Shown: positions 9,612-19,932, counted from the first letter of the stretch. The stretch: 64,000 bases of DNA from an uncultured Lachnospiraceae bacterium (GCA_910578645.1 CAJTQI010000009.1:32578-96577); one strand, 5' to 3'. Program-made: numbers and translations. Notes: generated by a model not told the origin, from the letters alone.

Positions 9612-10481
9612 ATGAAAAACCGGAAAATAGGGTTACACCAGTTTATGGCTGTCCCGGCATTTGCATTGTATGCTGTTTTCTTTATCTATCCACTGCTTAA
9701 AGGAATTGGCTTGTGTTTCACGGACTGGGACGGCATCGGGACGGCGCATTTTATCGGGTTAAAGAATTTTATTCATTTTTTTCATGACGAGAGGGCATTG
9801 TCGGATATCAGGACAACCGTATTATTCACGCTCGGAAGTGCCCCACTATTAAACATAGTGGGGCTCATCTATGCCCTGTTGATGAACTCGGATTTTAAAG
9901 GTAAATCGGTGGCGCGGATGTGTATTTATATGCCGGCCATTATCAGTCCCTTAATCATGGGATACATATGGTATTTTTTACTGCAGCCCGGAAGAGGGTT
10001 CCTCTATCACTTTTTCGACGGGCTTGGACATCCGGAATGGTTCGGAAACTGGATAGGGAGTTATAAGAGCGCCCTTTTCGTCCTAATCCTTGTCAATGTC
10101 TGGCAGTATGCGGGCATGACGATGGTAATTTACTTAGCGGGGCTGCAGGGGATTTCCAAGGAACTGTACGAGGCGGCAAAGATTGACGGCGCCCGGTGGA
10201 CAGACGGCTTCTTTCGTGTGACGCTGCCGCTTCTTGGGCCGTCCATAAGGATTAACGTCATTACGAATATTATCGGTTCCCTTTCTGTGTTTGACATTGT
10301 AATGTCGCTTACAGGGGGCGGGCCGGGTTACCAGACGGAGACGCTGAGTATCTATATCATGCGTATGTGCTATGGCAGTAAGACCGGATATTCGGTTGCC
10401 GTGGCGATTATTTTGTTTTTAATCGTTTTAGTGCCGGTTGCAGCGGCGTCCTGGCTGATGAGGAAGAAGGAGGAAGAGTAG
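9612..10481 (+). CDS. Carbohydrate ABC transporter permease
   Basis: EAA motif LYEAAKIDGA, TGGGPG. Confidence 0.93.
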   Translation: MKNRKIGLHQFMAVPAFALYAVFFIYPLLKGIGLCFTDWDGIGTAHFIGLKNFIHFFHDERALSDIRTTVLFTLGSAPLLNIVGLIYALLMNSDFKGKSVARMCIYMPAIISPLIMGYIWYFLLQPGRGFLYHFFDGLGHPEWFGNWIGSYKSALFVLILVNVWQYAGMTMVIYLAGLQGISKELYEAAKIDGARWTDGFFRVTLPLLGPSIRINVITNIIGSLSVFDIVMSLTGGGPGYQTETLSIYIMRMCYGSKTGYSVAVAIILFLIVLVPVAAASWLMRKKEEE

Positions 10482-10483
10482 GT

Positions 10484-11308
10484 GTGAAGAAAATACTTGT
10501 GGTTTTACGGTATGTGGTGATTGTCCTAATCAGTATGCTTTGCCTGGCGCCCTTTGGAATACTGTTAATCTTGTCTTTGAATACGCCCCAGCGCAATTTC
10601 TACGAAGGGAATATGTTTATCCCGGATTTCTATTTCCGGAATTTTTCCGACGGGTGGAAGCAGTCCCAAATCGGACACGCCATGCTCAATTCCGGCATCA
10701 TCACGGCGGGAGCGCTTGTGCTAATCGTGATTCTTGGAGCCATGGCAGGCTATGCGGTAGCACGGTGTGGAAACAAATTTAACAGGATGGTCTATCTTAT
10801 CTTTTTGTGCTGCATGATGGTGCCGGGAATTATCAATACAGTGCCCCTCTATGGGCTGATGATTAAGCTGCACGCTGTCAATACCTTGTGGGGGATGGCA
10901 TGTGTATGCGCTACCCTGGCGATTCCTCAGGCAGTCTTCGTATTCACCGGGTTTATTAAGGCGCTGCCCAAGGAACTGGAGGAAGCGGCGGTAATAGACG
11001 GATGCAGCAATGTGCAGGTGTTCTTTAGGATTATCCTGCCGCTCTTAAAGCCTTCCGTCTCTGCGGTGGTGATTTTAAACGGATTCGGGATATGGAACAA
11101 TTATGCCCAGGCGGCATTTTTCCTGCAGGAACGTGCGAAGCATAACGTGCCCCAGGCGCTGTCTATCTATTTTCAGCAGTTTGCCGGGGCGAAATGGAAT
11201 ATTATGGCGTCCACGGCCGTCATAGCTATCGTCCCTGTGGTCATCGCATTCCTGCTCTTCCAGAAAAATCTGATGCGGGGGCTGACCGACGGGGCCTTAA
11301 AGGGATAG
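10484..11308 (+). CDS. Carbohydrate ABC transporter permease
   Basis: EAA motif ELEEAAVIDG, C-terminal GLTDGALKG. Confidence 0.93.
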   Translation: MKKILVVLRYVVIVLISMLCLAPFGILLILSLNTPQRNFYEGNMFIPDFYFRNFSDGWKQSQIGHAMLNSGIITAGALVLIVILGAMAGYAVARCGNKFNRMVYLIFLCCMMVPGIINTVPLYGLMIKLHAVNTLWGMACVCATLAIPQAVFVFTGFIKALPKELEEAAVIDGCSNVQVFFRIILPLLKPSVSAVVILNGFGIWNNYAQAAFFLQERAKHNVPQALSIYFQQFAGAKWNIMASTAVIAIVPVVIAFLLFQKNLMRGLTDGALKG

Positions 11309-11420
11309 GTTGAAAAATCAGAGATTCACTTGAGGGATTTGTGTCTGTGCGTTGCCTGCCACAAGCTCGTCCGATGTACATTCTTAGCAAAGCTGAGACA
11401 AAAGCAACGCAGAAATGGAG
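11309..11420 (+). repeat. Dispersed structured intergenic repeat, copy A
   Basis: GATTTGTGTCTGTGCGTTGCCTGCCACAAGCTCG...AAAAGCAACGCAGAAATGGAG; similar to 15887-16002 and 28708-28800. Confidence 0.8.
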
Positions 11421-11426
11421 ATAAAA

Positions 11427-13094
11427 ATGGATTTTTACCCGGTAAAAGCACAGTATAGAAGAGGGGAAGAAGTATGGCTGTGTCTGGAATTGGAAAAGGA
11501 AAGCGCCACCTGCTCTTATGAGAGGGCGGTGGTATCGGTTTTCTGGATGGAACGGCTGGTACGCAGAGTGGAAGTGAAGGAGCTGTGTAATGCAATGGAG
11601 ATATGTGTAGGTGCATATGAGGAAGACTTTGCGGGCTATGGCGTGAGGGTCGTCCTGTGCGGGGCAGGGAAGACGACGGTGCTGGAGACGGCCTTCGACG
11701 TGGTTAAGGAGCCCAGGCGTTCCCTGCGGTATGGTTTTTTGAGTGATTTTACAACACAGGATGCAGATAACGGGGCTGTCGCACAGCTTCGGAAATATCA
11801 TATCAATATGGTGCAGTTCTATGACTGGTCGTATCGCCATGACAGTCTGGTGGCGGACAAGCCGGATTATGAAGACATGATGGGCAAGCGGATTCATTTG
11901 GAAACCGTAAAAGAAAAAATTATCCAGGCGAAGGAATATGGTATGTGGCCCATCGCATATGGCGCGGTTTATGCGGCGTCCGGAAAGTTCTATGAGACAC
12001 ATAAGGACTGGGCTTTTTACAACAGTAATCAAGAAGTATTCCGGTTTATAGATGCTTTCTACATTATGAATATACAGGAAGACTCCCCCTGGAGGGAACA
12101 TTTAATAGGGCAGTATCGGGAGGCCATGGAGAAAGTAGGGTTTTCCGGGATTCATATGGATACCTATGGGTTCCCGAAAACTGCTCATTCCCGCCTGGAA
12201 GGCAGGTTTAGGCGTGTGGCGCTACAGGAACAGTTCGGGAGCCTGATTGACGAGACACGGCAGGAATTGGGCAAGACGGGAGAGGAACCTTACCTTATCT
12301 TTAACAATGTGGGAAACTGGCCTGTGGCAGACACCGCTAGACACGGCGTGGACGCGGTCTATATTGAGGTGTGGCCGCCCTATGAAAGATATTTCCACAT
12401 AAAACAGTTGATTCTGGAAGCCCGGCGTTTGGTGGAGGACAAAAAACCGGTGATTCTGGCGGCTTATCTGGAACCTTTCCGCAAGGAGGATGAAGCCTCG
12501 GCCACCTATGCAGCCAGATTGTTGACGGCAACGATTGTGTCCAATGGGGCGTATCATTTGTTACTTGGGGAAAACAAGGCTGTGCTGACCCAGGGATACT
12601 ATGGGGATTACAGTGTGATGTCCGAAGCGTGTGCCGGGATAATGCGTAGATATTACGATTTTATGGTTCGGTATTTGAATCTGTTTTACAATCCGGAACT
12701 GACAGATGTGTCAATGACCCATATGGGATGGGATAACTATGAGTACCAGTGGGCAGGGACGGATTGGAGTGCCTATGGAGAGTATGGGAAACTGTGGGTT
12801 ACGGTGCGTGAAAGTGAAGAAATAAAGCTTTTTTCTTTCATTAATCTGTGCGGCTGTAGTGAGGATTACTGGAATAAAGGTAAAAAGAAGCCGCCTGTGC
12901 AGAAAAATGTTACTTGTATGGCGGTGGTGGAGAAAGAGGTGGAAGGGATATACTTCACCAGTCCCGACCTGCCAGACTGTGCAAGCCGGGAACTGGATTA
13001 TGTGTATACCGTGAATGAAAAAGGACGGTTTGTGAAGTTTTCTGTGCCGGAAGTGGAAGTCTGGTCGGCAGTATATATCAGGATGCATAAGTGA
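11427..13094 (+). CDS. Glycoside hydrolase family 66 (dextranase / CITase family), no signal peptide
   Basis: RYGFLSDF, YHINMVQFYDWSYRH, GIHMDTYG, YIEVW motifs; start placed at ATG 11427 behind GGAG (ORF track 11415). Confidence 0.85.
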   Translation: MDFYPVKAQYRRGEEVWLCLELEKESATCSYERAVVSVFWMERLVRRVEVKELCNAMEICVGAYEEDFAGYGVRVVLCGAGKTTVLETAFDVVKEPRRSLRYGFLSDFTTQDADNGAVAQLRKYHINMVQFYDWSYRHDSLVADKPDYEDMMGKRIHLETVKEKIIQAKEYGMWPIAYGAVYAASGKFYETHKDWAFYNSNQEVFRFIDAFYIMNIQEDSPWREHLIGQYREAMEKVGFSGIHMDTYGFPKTAHSRLEGRFRRVALQEQFGSLIDETRQELGKTGEEPYLIFNNVGNWPVADTARHGVDAVYIEVWPPYERYFHIKQLILEARRLVEDKKPVILAAYLEPFRKEDEASATYAARLLTATIVSNGAYHLLLGENKAVLTQGYYGDYSVMSEACAGIMRRYYDFMVRYLNLFYNPELTDVSMTHMGWDNYEYQWAGTDWSAYGEYGKLWVTVRESEEIKLFSFINLCGCSEDYWNKGKKKPPVQKNVTCMAVVEKEVEGIYFTSPDLPDCASRELDYVYTVNEKGRFVKFSVPEVEVWSAVYIRMHK

Positions 13095-13150
13095 TTTGTG
13101 CAGATGGCTATTTCAAAAGTCATGTTACCCTCAGTGAACAAAGGGTACTT

Positions 13151-14539
13151 TTAGTGATAAGACAACTGTTTCTGATGCCGGTTTGCAATCCTGATTTTGC
13201 TAAAGAAACAGTAGTACACGATAAAGAGGATACTGGTGGTACACCAGGTAAGGGGATAACTGAAAATAATGGTGTAGATATCCGGCTTTCTGGGCACGGC
13301 AAGCATAATCCACAAGATACGGATAAGGCATATGCCGCTTAGGCAGATTAGGGTGGGAATCCAACAATCTCCCACGCCGCGCAGGGCACCGGACAGTATC
13401 TCCACGCACACATAGGTGGCGAAGGTGGGCACAAGGAACCATGTAATCTGTATGCCGATGCGCATGACTTCCGGGTCCGAGGTGAAGAAAGCATAGATGG
13501 CGTGTCCGCAGATACGCAGCACAATGCTGATAAATATTGCCGCGGCGAAGCTCATGGCCAGACAGCTACGGATTCCCTTGCGCACCCGCTCGCTCTTTCC
13601 GGCGCCATAGTTCTGGCCTACGAAAGTTGTGATGGCAATGCCGAAGGAACTGATAGTCATCCAGAACAATGCATCCAGTTTCCCGTATACGGTCCAGGCT
13701 GCCACTGTGTCTGTGCCCAGGCTATTGATGGCGGTCTGGATGATGATGTTGGAAAAGCTGTACATGACAGACTGTAAGCCTGCGGGGAACCCGATGCGGA
13801 TAATCCGTTTTAACATCTTATGGTCAAAGCGGATTTGGCGCAGTTCCAGATGATGCATGTCGTCCACTCTGACAAGCACCAGAATCACCAATATCGCGCT
13901 GAAAGCCTGGGAGCAGATAGTGGCGATGGCAGCGCCGGCCACACCCATATCAAAGGCCACGATTAAAACAAGGTCAAGTATAATATTGACGAAGCAGCTT
14001 GCAATGAGGAAGTAAAGGGGCCGCCTTGAATCCCCTACCGCGCGCAGGATGCCGGAACCGATGTTGTAGATGAGGTTTCCGATTGTTCCCACGAAATAAA
14101 TACGGATATAGAGGATGGACGGGCCGAGCACATCCTGCGGGGTATCCATGGCGGTCAGGATGGCAGGAGCGGTCAGGATGCCGCCGAGCATCATCACGAA
14201 TCCGCCTACAATACCGAAGGCCATGGCCGTATGTACCGCATAGTTTACCAATTCTGATTTTTTAGCGCCATAATATTGTGAGATGACAACGGTGGCGCCG
14301 CTGGCAAGACCCACGAAGAACCCTACTAACAGGTTGATGACGGTGCCTGTTCCGCCGCCCACCGCCGAGAGCGCTTCTTTTCCCACAAAACGCCCTACGA
14401 TGACGGCGTCCGCCGCATTGTAGAGCTGCTGAAAAAATGTCCCGAATAAAATAGGGAAGAAAAACAGAAGAAGCTGCTGCCAGATGACTCCTTCCGTAAT
14501 CTTATTTTCTGTTGTCTTAGTGATTTCTTTCGTTTCCAT
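13151..14539 (-). CDS. MATE family efflux transporter
   Basis: QQLYNAAD, RAVGDSRRP, GVAGAAIAT, GQNYGAG; 12-TM pattern. Confidence 0.93.
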   Translation of the reverse strand: METKEITKTTENKITEGVIWQQLLLFFFPILFGTFFQQLYNAADAVIVGRFVGKEALSAVGGGTGTVINLLVGFFVGLASGATVVISQYYGAKKSELVNYAVHTAMAFGIVGGFVMMLGGILTAPAILTAMDTPQDVLGPSILYIRIYFVGTIGNLIYNIGSGILRAVGDSRRPLYFLIASCFVNIILDLVLIVAFDMGVAGAAIATICSQAFSAILVILVLVRVDDMHHLELRQIRFDHKMLKRIIRIGFPAGLQSVMYSFSNIIIQTAINSLGTDTVAAWTVYGKLDALFWMTISSFGIAITTFVGQNYGAGKSERVRKGIRSCLAMSFAAAIFISIVLRICGHAIYAFFTSDPEVMRIGIQITWFLVPTFATYVCVEILSGALRGVGDCWIPTLICLSGICLIRILWIMLAVPRKPDIYTIIFSYPLTWCTTSILFIVYYCFFSKIRIANRHQKQLSYH

Positions 14540-14757
14540 GGATATACCTTTCTAAACTGCACCATATGTGCAATTTCCACGATTGTAGCACTGTTGATAA
14601 GGTTTTTCAAGGGCAGTTTGCTAACTTGAACAATCTTTTTTGTCAAGCGTTTTTGTGCATTTTTTCAAAAATAATTACCGAATGAAATGCGGCAATCTCG
14701 CCTGTTTTTGTGCAATATTTTCTGTTAAGCTTCAGTGACAAACATCAATAAAAAATA

Positions 14758-14786
14758 TTGTCAAAAAAATATCAATGTGGTATGAT
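14758..14786 (+). promoter_or_regulatory. SigA promoter with extended -10 for panT-coaX
   Basis: TTGTCA-17 bp-TATGAT preceded by TGn. Confidence 0.7.
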
Positions 14787-14800
14787 GACACCGTATTGTA

Positions 14801-14906
14801 TCTCACAAGGACAGTCCGTCCCGGCTTAAGGCACTGACCATCCGTCAAGGAAAGCGGCAGACGGTTGGTACCGGCAGGAATCCGGACTGGAACATTGTAC
14901 ACGAGA
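14801..14906 (+). ncRNA. Candidate structured cis-regulatory leader upstream of panT
   Basis: Nested helices TCTC/GAGA, ACAA/TTGT, CAGTCCG/CGGACTG, CCGG/CCGG, ACCATCCGTC/GACGGTTGGT between promoter and RBS. Confidence 0.45.
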
Positions 14907-14929
14907 ATAATAACAGGAGGATTTGTACC

Positions 14930-15751
14930 ATGAAAAATGAAAAGACTTACGCAATGGTGCTTACGGCACTATTCACCGCCATAATCGTGATTATGGCATT
15001 CACCCCGCTTGGGTATATCCCGCTTGTAGTAATCAATGCGACGATTATCCACATCCCGGTTATCTTAGGAGCGCTATTTCTTGGACCGAAGAAAGGTGCA
15101 TTTTTGGGATTTGTATTCGGGCTGACCAGTTTTATCAACAATACGTTTAAGGCGGCCACGGCGTCGGCTTTCGTATTTTCTCCGGTGCTTGCCTACAATG
15201 TGGACGGCGTACCGGGCATCTTTAAGAGTATTTATATTTGTTTCGTACCAAGGATTTTGGTTGGGATTGTACCTTATTTTGTATATCTGCTCATCCGCAA
15301 AGCACTAAGAGGCGAAGGGCAGTCAGGAAGGATTATCGCAGACGGGGCGGCTTCGTTTATTTTGTTTGTGTCTCTGCGGGCCTTTCTGATAAGACTTCTG
15401 CCGGATGTTTTAAGCGCGACGGTGTGCACGGTTATAGGGCTGGCAGCAGGCGGTGTGCTGATGGCGGTCCTTACGGTCAGCGGAAGGAAGAAAGGTTCTG
15501 CCAATATTGCCCTTGCCTATGCGGGGCTTGCAGGAGCCTATACGAATACGCTGTTTGTGATGAGCGGTATATTTATTTTATATAAAGAAGCTTACGCCCA
15601 GGCCGTAGGAGTGGCCGGTGAGGCCGTTTTGGACGTGATTATGGGCGTCGTAACTTTTAACGGTGTGGTGGAGGCCGTGGTGGCAGCCATCATCGTTGCC
15701 GGGGTTGGAATTGCACTGACAAGAGTAAAACCGGTTTATTCCCGCGAGTAA
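14930..15751 (+). CDS. panT: ECF transporter S component, pantothenate-type (PanT-like)
   Basis: FTPLGYIPL..ATIIHIPVILGA..FVPRIL..TNT motif; lies upstream of pantothenate kinase and coaBC. Confidence 0.75.
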   Translation: MKNEKTYAMVLTALFTAIIVIMAFTPLGYIPLVVINATIIHIPVILGALFLGPKKGAFLGFVFGLTSFINNTFKAATASAFVFSPVLAYNVDGVPGIFKSIYICFVPRILVGIVPYFVYLLIRKALRGEGQSGRIIADGAASFILFVSLRAFLIRLLPDVLSATVCTVIGLAAGGVLMAVLTVSGRKKGSANIALAYAGLAGAYTNTLFVMSGIFILYKEAYAQAVGVAGEAVLDVIMGVVTFNGVVEAVVAAIIVAGVGIALTRVKPVYSRE

Positions 15752-15777
15752 TGAGCCAGGCGCCGTTACACGGGCAT

Positions 15778-15826
15778 TTGCCGAATGTCTGCCGGCGTGG
15801 AGAATCCACGCTTGCAGGTTCGGCAA
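15778..15826. repeat. Long GC-rich hairpin (REP-like) in the panT-coaX intergenic region
   Basis: TTGCCGAA..GCGTGGA-GAA-TCCACGC..TTCGGCAA nested inverted repeat, no U-tract. Confidence 0.55.
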
Positions 15827-15886
15827 GAATAGAAGACAGAATGGAAACAGGATAGATTTGTGAGAGACAGATACGGGAAAGGAAAA

Positions 15887-16002
15887 GATTGAAAATTAAA
15901 ATTTTCAATCGCGAGATTTGTGTCTGCGCGCTGCTTGCCACAAACTCGGTTCATGCGCTGTCTCAAAAATAGTTGAGACAAAAGCAGCGCAGAAATAGGG
16001 GT
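15887..16002 (+). repeat. Dispersed structured intergenic repeat, copy B
   Basis: GATTGAAAATT-AA-AATTTTCAATC palindrome, then GAGATTTGTGTCTGCGCGCTGCTTGCCACAAACTCG...AAAAGCAGCGCAGAAATAGGGG. Confidence 0.85.
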
Positions 16003-16006
16003 AAAT

Positions 16007-16774
16007 ATGATTTTAGCTGTTGATATCGGAAATACAAATATTGTGATAGGCTGTATGAAGGGAGAGGAAATCTGTTTTGTGGAGCGCGTGTCCACCAACC
16101 AGTCCGGTACGGAACTTGAGTATGTGGTGGAGTTTCGCACGCTGCTTGAACTATACCATATCGGCGTGGAGGATATCACAGGCAGCATTATCTCTTCGGT
16201 GGTGCCTCCCCTCAACAATATCGTGAAAGCAGCGTTAGAGAAATTGTTTCATAAAGTACCGTTGCTTGTAGGGCCGGGGGTGAAGACCGGGCTGAATATT
16301 CTGATGGATAATCCGGGACAGCTTGGCTCTGACCTGGTTGTCAATGCGGTGGCGGGGCTGCATTATTACGGGGCGCCTATCATCATGATTGACATGGGCA
16401 CGGCGACCACTATCAGTGTGGTGGACGAGAAAAGAAATTATATCGGCGGCATGATACTGCCGGGTGTGAAAGTGTCTCTGGATTCCCTCGTAAACAGGAC
16501 TTCGCAGCTTCCGCGTATCAGTCTGGAAGCGCCTAAGAAGGTCATCGGCAAGAACACCATCGACTGTATGAAGAGCGGAATCGTGATGGGACAGGCGGCG
16601 TGTTTGGACGGCATGATTGAGAGAATCTACGACGAACTTGGCTATGAGGCGCCGGTGGTTGCCACAGGCGGGCTTTCAGGGAGTATCGTGCCTTACTGTA
16701 AGCGGGAGATAATCTGTGACAATGAATTGACCCTAAAGGGGTTGGGGATTATCTATAGGAAGAATGTGGAGTAG
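16007..16774 (+). CDS. coaX: Type III pantothenate kinase
   Basis: AVDIGNTN, SSVVP, LGSD, DMGTATT, GGMILPG, VATGG motifs. Confidence 0.95.
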   Translation: MILAVDIGNTNIVIGCMKGEEICFVERVSTNQSGTELEYVVEFRTLLELYHIGVEDITGSIISSVVPPLNNIVKAALEKLFHKVPLLVGPGVKTGLNILMDNPGQLGSDLVVNAVAGLHYYGAPIIMIDMGTATTISVVDEKRNYIGGMILPGVKVSLDSLVNRTSQLPRISLEAPKKVIGKNTIDCMKSGIVMGQAACLDGMIERIYDELGYEAPVVATGGLSGSIVPYCKREIICDNELTLKGLGIIYRKNVE

Positions 16775-16794
16775 TTTTCTCCAAAGGAAATACG

Positions 16795-16831
16795 ACAGCA
16801 GGCTTAGGGGCTCATGCCTTAAGCCTGCTGT
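16795..16831 (+). terminator. Strong hairpin after coaX (probable terminator, weak U-tract)
   Basis: ACAGCAGGCTTAGGG..CCTTAAGCCTGCTGT. Confidence 0.5.
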
Positions 16832-17015
16832 CTGGTAAATAACCGCAGGAGATTGGGACTTAGGAAGATGCCCCGCGGGTTTGTAAAAAGCAGAACTATA
16901 ACTCTATGGTACAGTTTGTCCCATAGATACTGTAATAACAAGAAGAATGAAGAAAAATTACATGTAATATTGAATTAATTCATATTGTATAACATAGAAA
17001 AGAGGACTGGTTTGT

Positions 17016-18212
17016 ATGACAATAGTGGGAAAACATATTGTTTTGGGGGTGACGGGGAGCATTGCAGCGTATAAGATTGCCTCTCTTGCCAGTATGCTTG
17101 CCAAGGGAAAGGCGGATGTGACGGTCATTATGACGCCCAACGCCACGAATTTTGTCAATCCGATTACCTTTGAATCGTTGACGGGCAACAAATGTCTGGT
17201 AGATACCTTCGACCGGAATTTCCAATTCCAGGTGGAGCATGTCTCTTTAGCGAAGCAAACAGATGTATGTCTGGTGGCGCCGGCGTCGGCGGACGTGATT
17301 GCCAAGGCAGCGCACGGCATTGCGGACGATATGCTGACCACCACGCTTTTGGCATGTACCTGCCCGAAGATTTTCGCCCCGGCGATGAATACCAGGATGT
17401 ATAGGAATCCGGTGGTACAGGACAACATGAAGATATTGGAGCGTTATGGGGCAGAGGTGGTCACGCCCGCTAATGGTTATCTGGCCTGCGGCGATACGGG
17501 CGAAGGGAAGATGCCAGAGCCGGAGACGCTGTATGAGTATATCGTAAAAGCGTTGACCAAAAAGGATATGGCGGGGAAGAAAATACTTGTCACGGCAGGG
17601 CCTACTCAGGAGAAAATCGACCCGGTGCGCTATATCAGCAACCATTCTACGGGCAAGATGGGCTATGCGATTGCCAGACAGGCGATGATGCGCGGTGCGG
17701 AAGTGACGCTTGTGTCCGGAAAAGTAAGTATACAGCCGCCTATGGGGGTGCGGTTTGTCCCTGTGGTGTCGGCTGCGGACATGGCGAAAGCCGTGAAAGA
17801 GTCGGCCCAGGAGCAGGACATTATTGTCAAGGCGGCGGCGGTTGCCGATTACCGTCCAAGCGTGGTATCGGATGAAAAAGTAAAGAAGAAGGACGGGGAA
17901 ATGTCCGTCCCGTTGGAGAGGACGGAGGATATCCTCGCATACCTGGGAGCGCATCGCCAAAAAGGACAGTTTTTGTGCGGTTTTTCCATGGAGACGGAAC
18001 ATATGGTGGAAAATTCCCGTGTAAAACTGGAGAAGAAGAATATTGACATGATTGTTGCCAATAATCTGAAGCAGGTGGGTGCGGGCTTTGGCACGGACAC
18101 CAATGTTGTGACCTTTCTGACAAGAGACGGCATGGAAGAGCTTCCCCTGATGCGTAAGGAAGACGTGGCCGACAGGCTGTTGGACGCGGTGATGCGGCGG
18201 ATAGATGGGTAA
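17016..18212 (+). CDS. coaBC: Bifunctional phosphopantothenoylcysteine decarboxylase/synthetase
   Basis: [45 protein letters not shown]. Confidence 0.96.
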   Translation: MTIVGKHIVLGVTGSIAAYKIASLASMLAKGKADVTVIMTPNATNFVNPITFESLTGNKCLVDTFDRNFQFQVEHVSLAKQTDVCLVAPASADVIAKAAHGIADDMLTTTLLACTCPKIFAPAMNTRMYRNPVVQDNMKILERYGAEVVTPANGYLACGDTGEGKMPEPETLYEYIVKALTKKDMAGKKILVTAGPTQEKIDPVRYISNHSTGKMGYAIARQAMMRGAEVTLVSGKVSIQPPMGVRFVPVVSAADMAKAVKESAQEQDIIVKAAAVADYRPSVVSDEKVKKKDGEMSVPLERTEDILAYLGAHRQKGQFLCGFSMETEHMVENSRVKLEKKNIDMIVANNLKQVGAGFGTDTNVVTFLTRDGMEELPLMRKEDVADRLLDAVMRRIDG

Positions 18213-18228
18213 ATATATGGAGGAAATT

Positions 18229-18768
18229 ATGAGAATCGGTATGGGTTATGATGTGCACCGTCTGGTGGAGGGGCGGAAACTTATTATGGGCGGCGTGGAG
18301 ATACCTTACGAAAAGGGGCTTTTGGGCCATTCGGATGCGGACGTGCTTCTGCATGCCATTATGGATGCCCTCCTGGGGGCGGCGGCTCTTGGAGATATCG
18401 GTAAGCATTTCCCGGACACCGAGCCTGCCTACAAGGGAATATCTTCTGTCAAGCTCCTGGAGCATGTGGGAGCGCTTTTGGAGGAGCATCGTTTCCTGAT
18501 TGAAAATATTGACGCAACAATCATTGCCCAGGCGCCTAAGATGCGTCCCCACATTGATTTGATGCAGGAAAATATCGCCTGTGCGCTGGGCATCGATGCA
18601 GGGCAGGTCAATGTGAAGGCGACCACCGAGGAAGGGCTTGGCTTCACAGGAACAGGGGAGGGCATTTCCGCCCAGGCCATCTGTATGCTTGCAAGTCCAA
18701 GGGAGCTGTACAGCCAGGATGTGGGAGCAAGAAAATGTGACGGATGCGGCGGATGCCCGAAGCGGTGA
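18229..18768 (+). CDS. ispF: 2-C-methyl-D-erythritol 2,4-cyclodiphosphate synthase
   Basis: [37 protein letters not shown]; start at ATG 18229 behind GGAGG. Confidence 0.95.
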   Translation: MRIGMGYDVHRLVEGRKLIMGGVEIPYEKGLLGHSDADVLLHAIMDALLGAAALGDIGKHFPDTEPAYKGISSVKLLEHVGALLEEHRFLIENIDATIIAQAPKMRPHIDLMQENIACALGIDAGQVNVKATTEEGLGFTGTGEGISAQAICMLASPRELYSQDVGARKCDGCGGCPKR

Positions 18769-18881
18769 GAGATAGTTTAGGCACTGGGGTGAAAACAATA
18801 AATTCAGGTTGACAAAACAGGTTTTTTTGCATATCCTATTAGCAGAAATGTATTAGGTCGAAAACAACGGATATGATAATG

Positions 18882-19143
18882 GACGATGAAAGGGAAGAGT
18901 ACCTTTTACGAAAGCCCCAGAGAGGAACCGCCGCCGGCTGTAAGCGGTTTTGGCAGATGGATTGGGAAGTGCGCCCCGGAGTCCGGCTTATGCCCGGCTA
19001 GCCCCGTTAACGGTTGAGAGTGAGAGAATGCATGGAAATATGTATTCTTTAAGTAGAGTGGAACCGCGGATTATTTCGTCTCTATTGCCAGTGGAATTTT
19101 AGTTCCGGCAAGGACGGGAGAGAAAACCGCGGTATTTTACTTT
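18882..19143 (+). ncRNA. T-box leader, Cys specifier
   Basis: GA motif, AGAGA and GCTG boxes, specifier GAAG-TGC (18970-18972), T-box AAGTAGAGTGGAACCGCG (19051-19068), downstream terminator; promoter TTGACA-17-TATCCT at 18809-18837. Confidence 0.9.
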
Positions 19144-19204
19144 ATAGGGTCAGGGTATCGAAAGTTGCTGTCATATCTGTGGTGACTAGAAGAAAGAAGC
19201 AAAT

Positions 19205-19876
19205 ATGGGTTTGATACAAAATATCAAAGAAGAGATTCGGATTATTAGAGAGCGGGACCCGGCGATTCATTCCAACATGGAGGTATTCCTGTACCCTAGT
19301 TTCAAGGTGATGGTCTATTACCGCATGGCGCATAAGATGTACCTTCGCAGACACTATTTCCTGGCCAGGTGGATTTCACAGAAAGCGGTCCGCAGGACAG
19401 GAATCGAAATCCATCCCGGCGCCAAGATTGGGAAAGGGTTTTTCATTGACCATGGCAACGGTGTGATTATCGGTGAGACTGCAGTGATTGGAGACAACGT
19501 GACGCTTTATCAGGGAGTGACCCTTGGCGGAACAGGCAAGGAGCAGGGCAAAAGACATCCCACGGTAGGGAACAACGTCATGATTAGCACCGGGGCGAAG
19601 GTGTTAGGCTCTTTCAAAATCGGAGATAACAGCAAGATTGGTGCGGGCAGCGTGGTGCTGGAAGAAGTACCGCCCAATTCCACCGTAGTCGGCGTGCCCG
19701 GACGGGTAGTGAAGCGCAACAACAAGACACTGCCCCAGGAAGAGCTTGACCAGATTAACCTGCCTGACCCTGTCAAGGAGGATATTGCCGGGTTGCAGCG
19801 TGCCAATTCGGAACTGACGAACCGTCTGATTGACTTGGAGCGGGAGATAAAGAGGCTTAAGGCGGACAAAAAATAA
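19205..19876 (+). CDS. cysE: Serine O-acetyltransferase
   Basis: RDPA, TGIEIHPGA, IDHG, GVTLGGTG..KRHPT hexapeptide-repeat motifs. Confidence 0.95.
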   Translation: MGLIQNIKEEIRIIRERDPAIHSNMEVFLYPSFKVMVYYRMAHKMYLRRHYFLARWISQKAVRRTGIEIHPGAKIGKGFFIDHGNGVIIGETAVIGDNVTLYQGVTLGGTGKEQGKRHPTVGNNVMISTGAKVLGSFKIGDNSKIGAGSVVLEEVPPNSTVVGVPGRVVKRNNKTLPQEELDQINLPDPVKEDIAGLQRANSELTNRLIDLEREIKRLKADKK

Positions 19877-19896
19877 TATGGCATAGAGTATGCAAG

Positions 19897-19929
19897 GATT
19901 TGCGCGGCAAAGCAGCGCAGAAATGAGGT
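19897..19929 (+). repeat. Partial copy (D) of the dispersed structured repeat
   Basis: GATTTGCGCGGCAAAGCAGCGCAGAAATGAGGT directly before the cysS ATG. Confidence 0.6.
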
Positions 19930-19932
19930 AAA

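Noticed and set aside
17247..18798. Long - strand ORFs opposite coaBC/ispF, and similar shadows throughout the window
   Set aside because: Fully overlap well-supported genes and have no recognisable motifs
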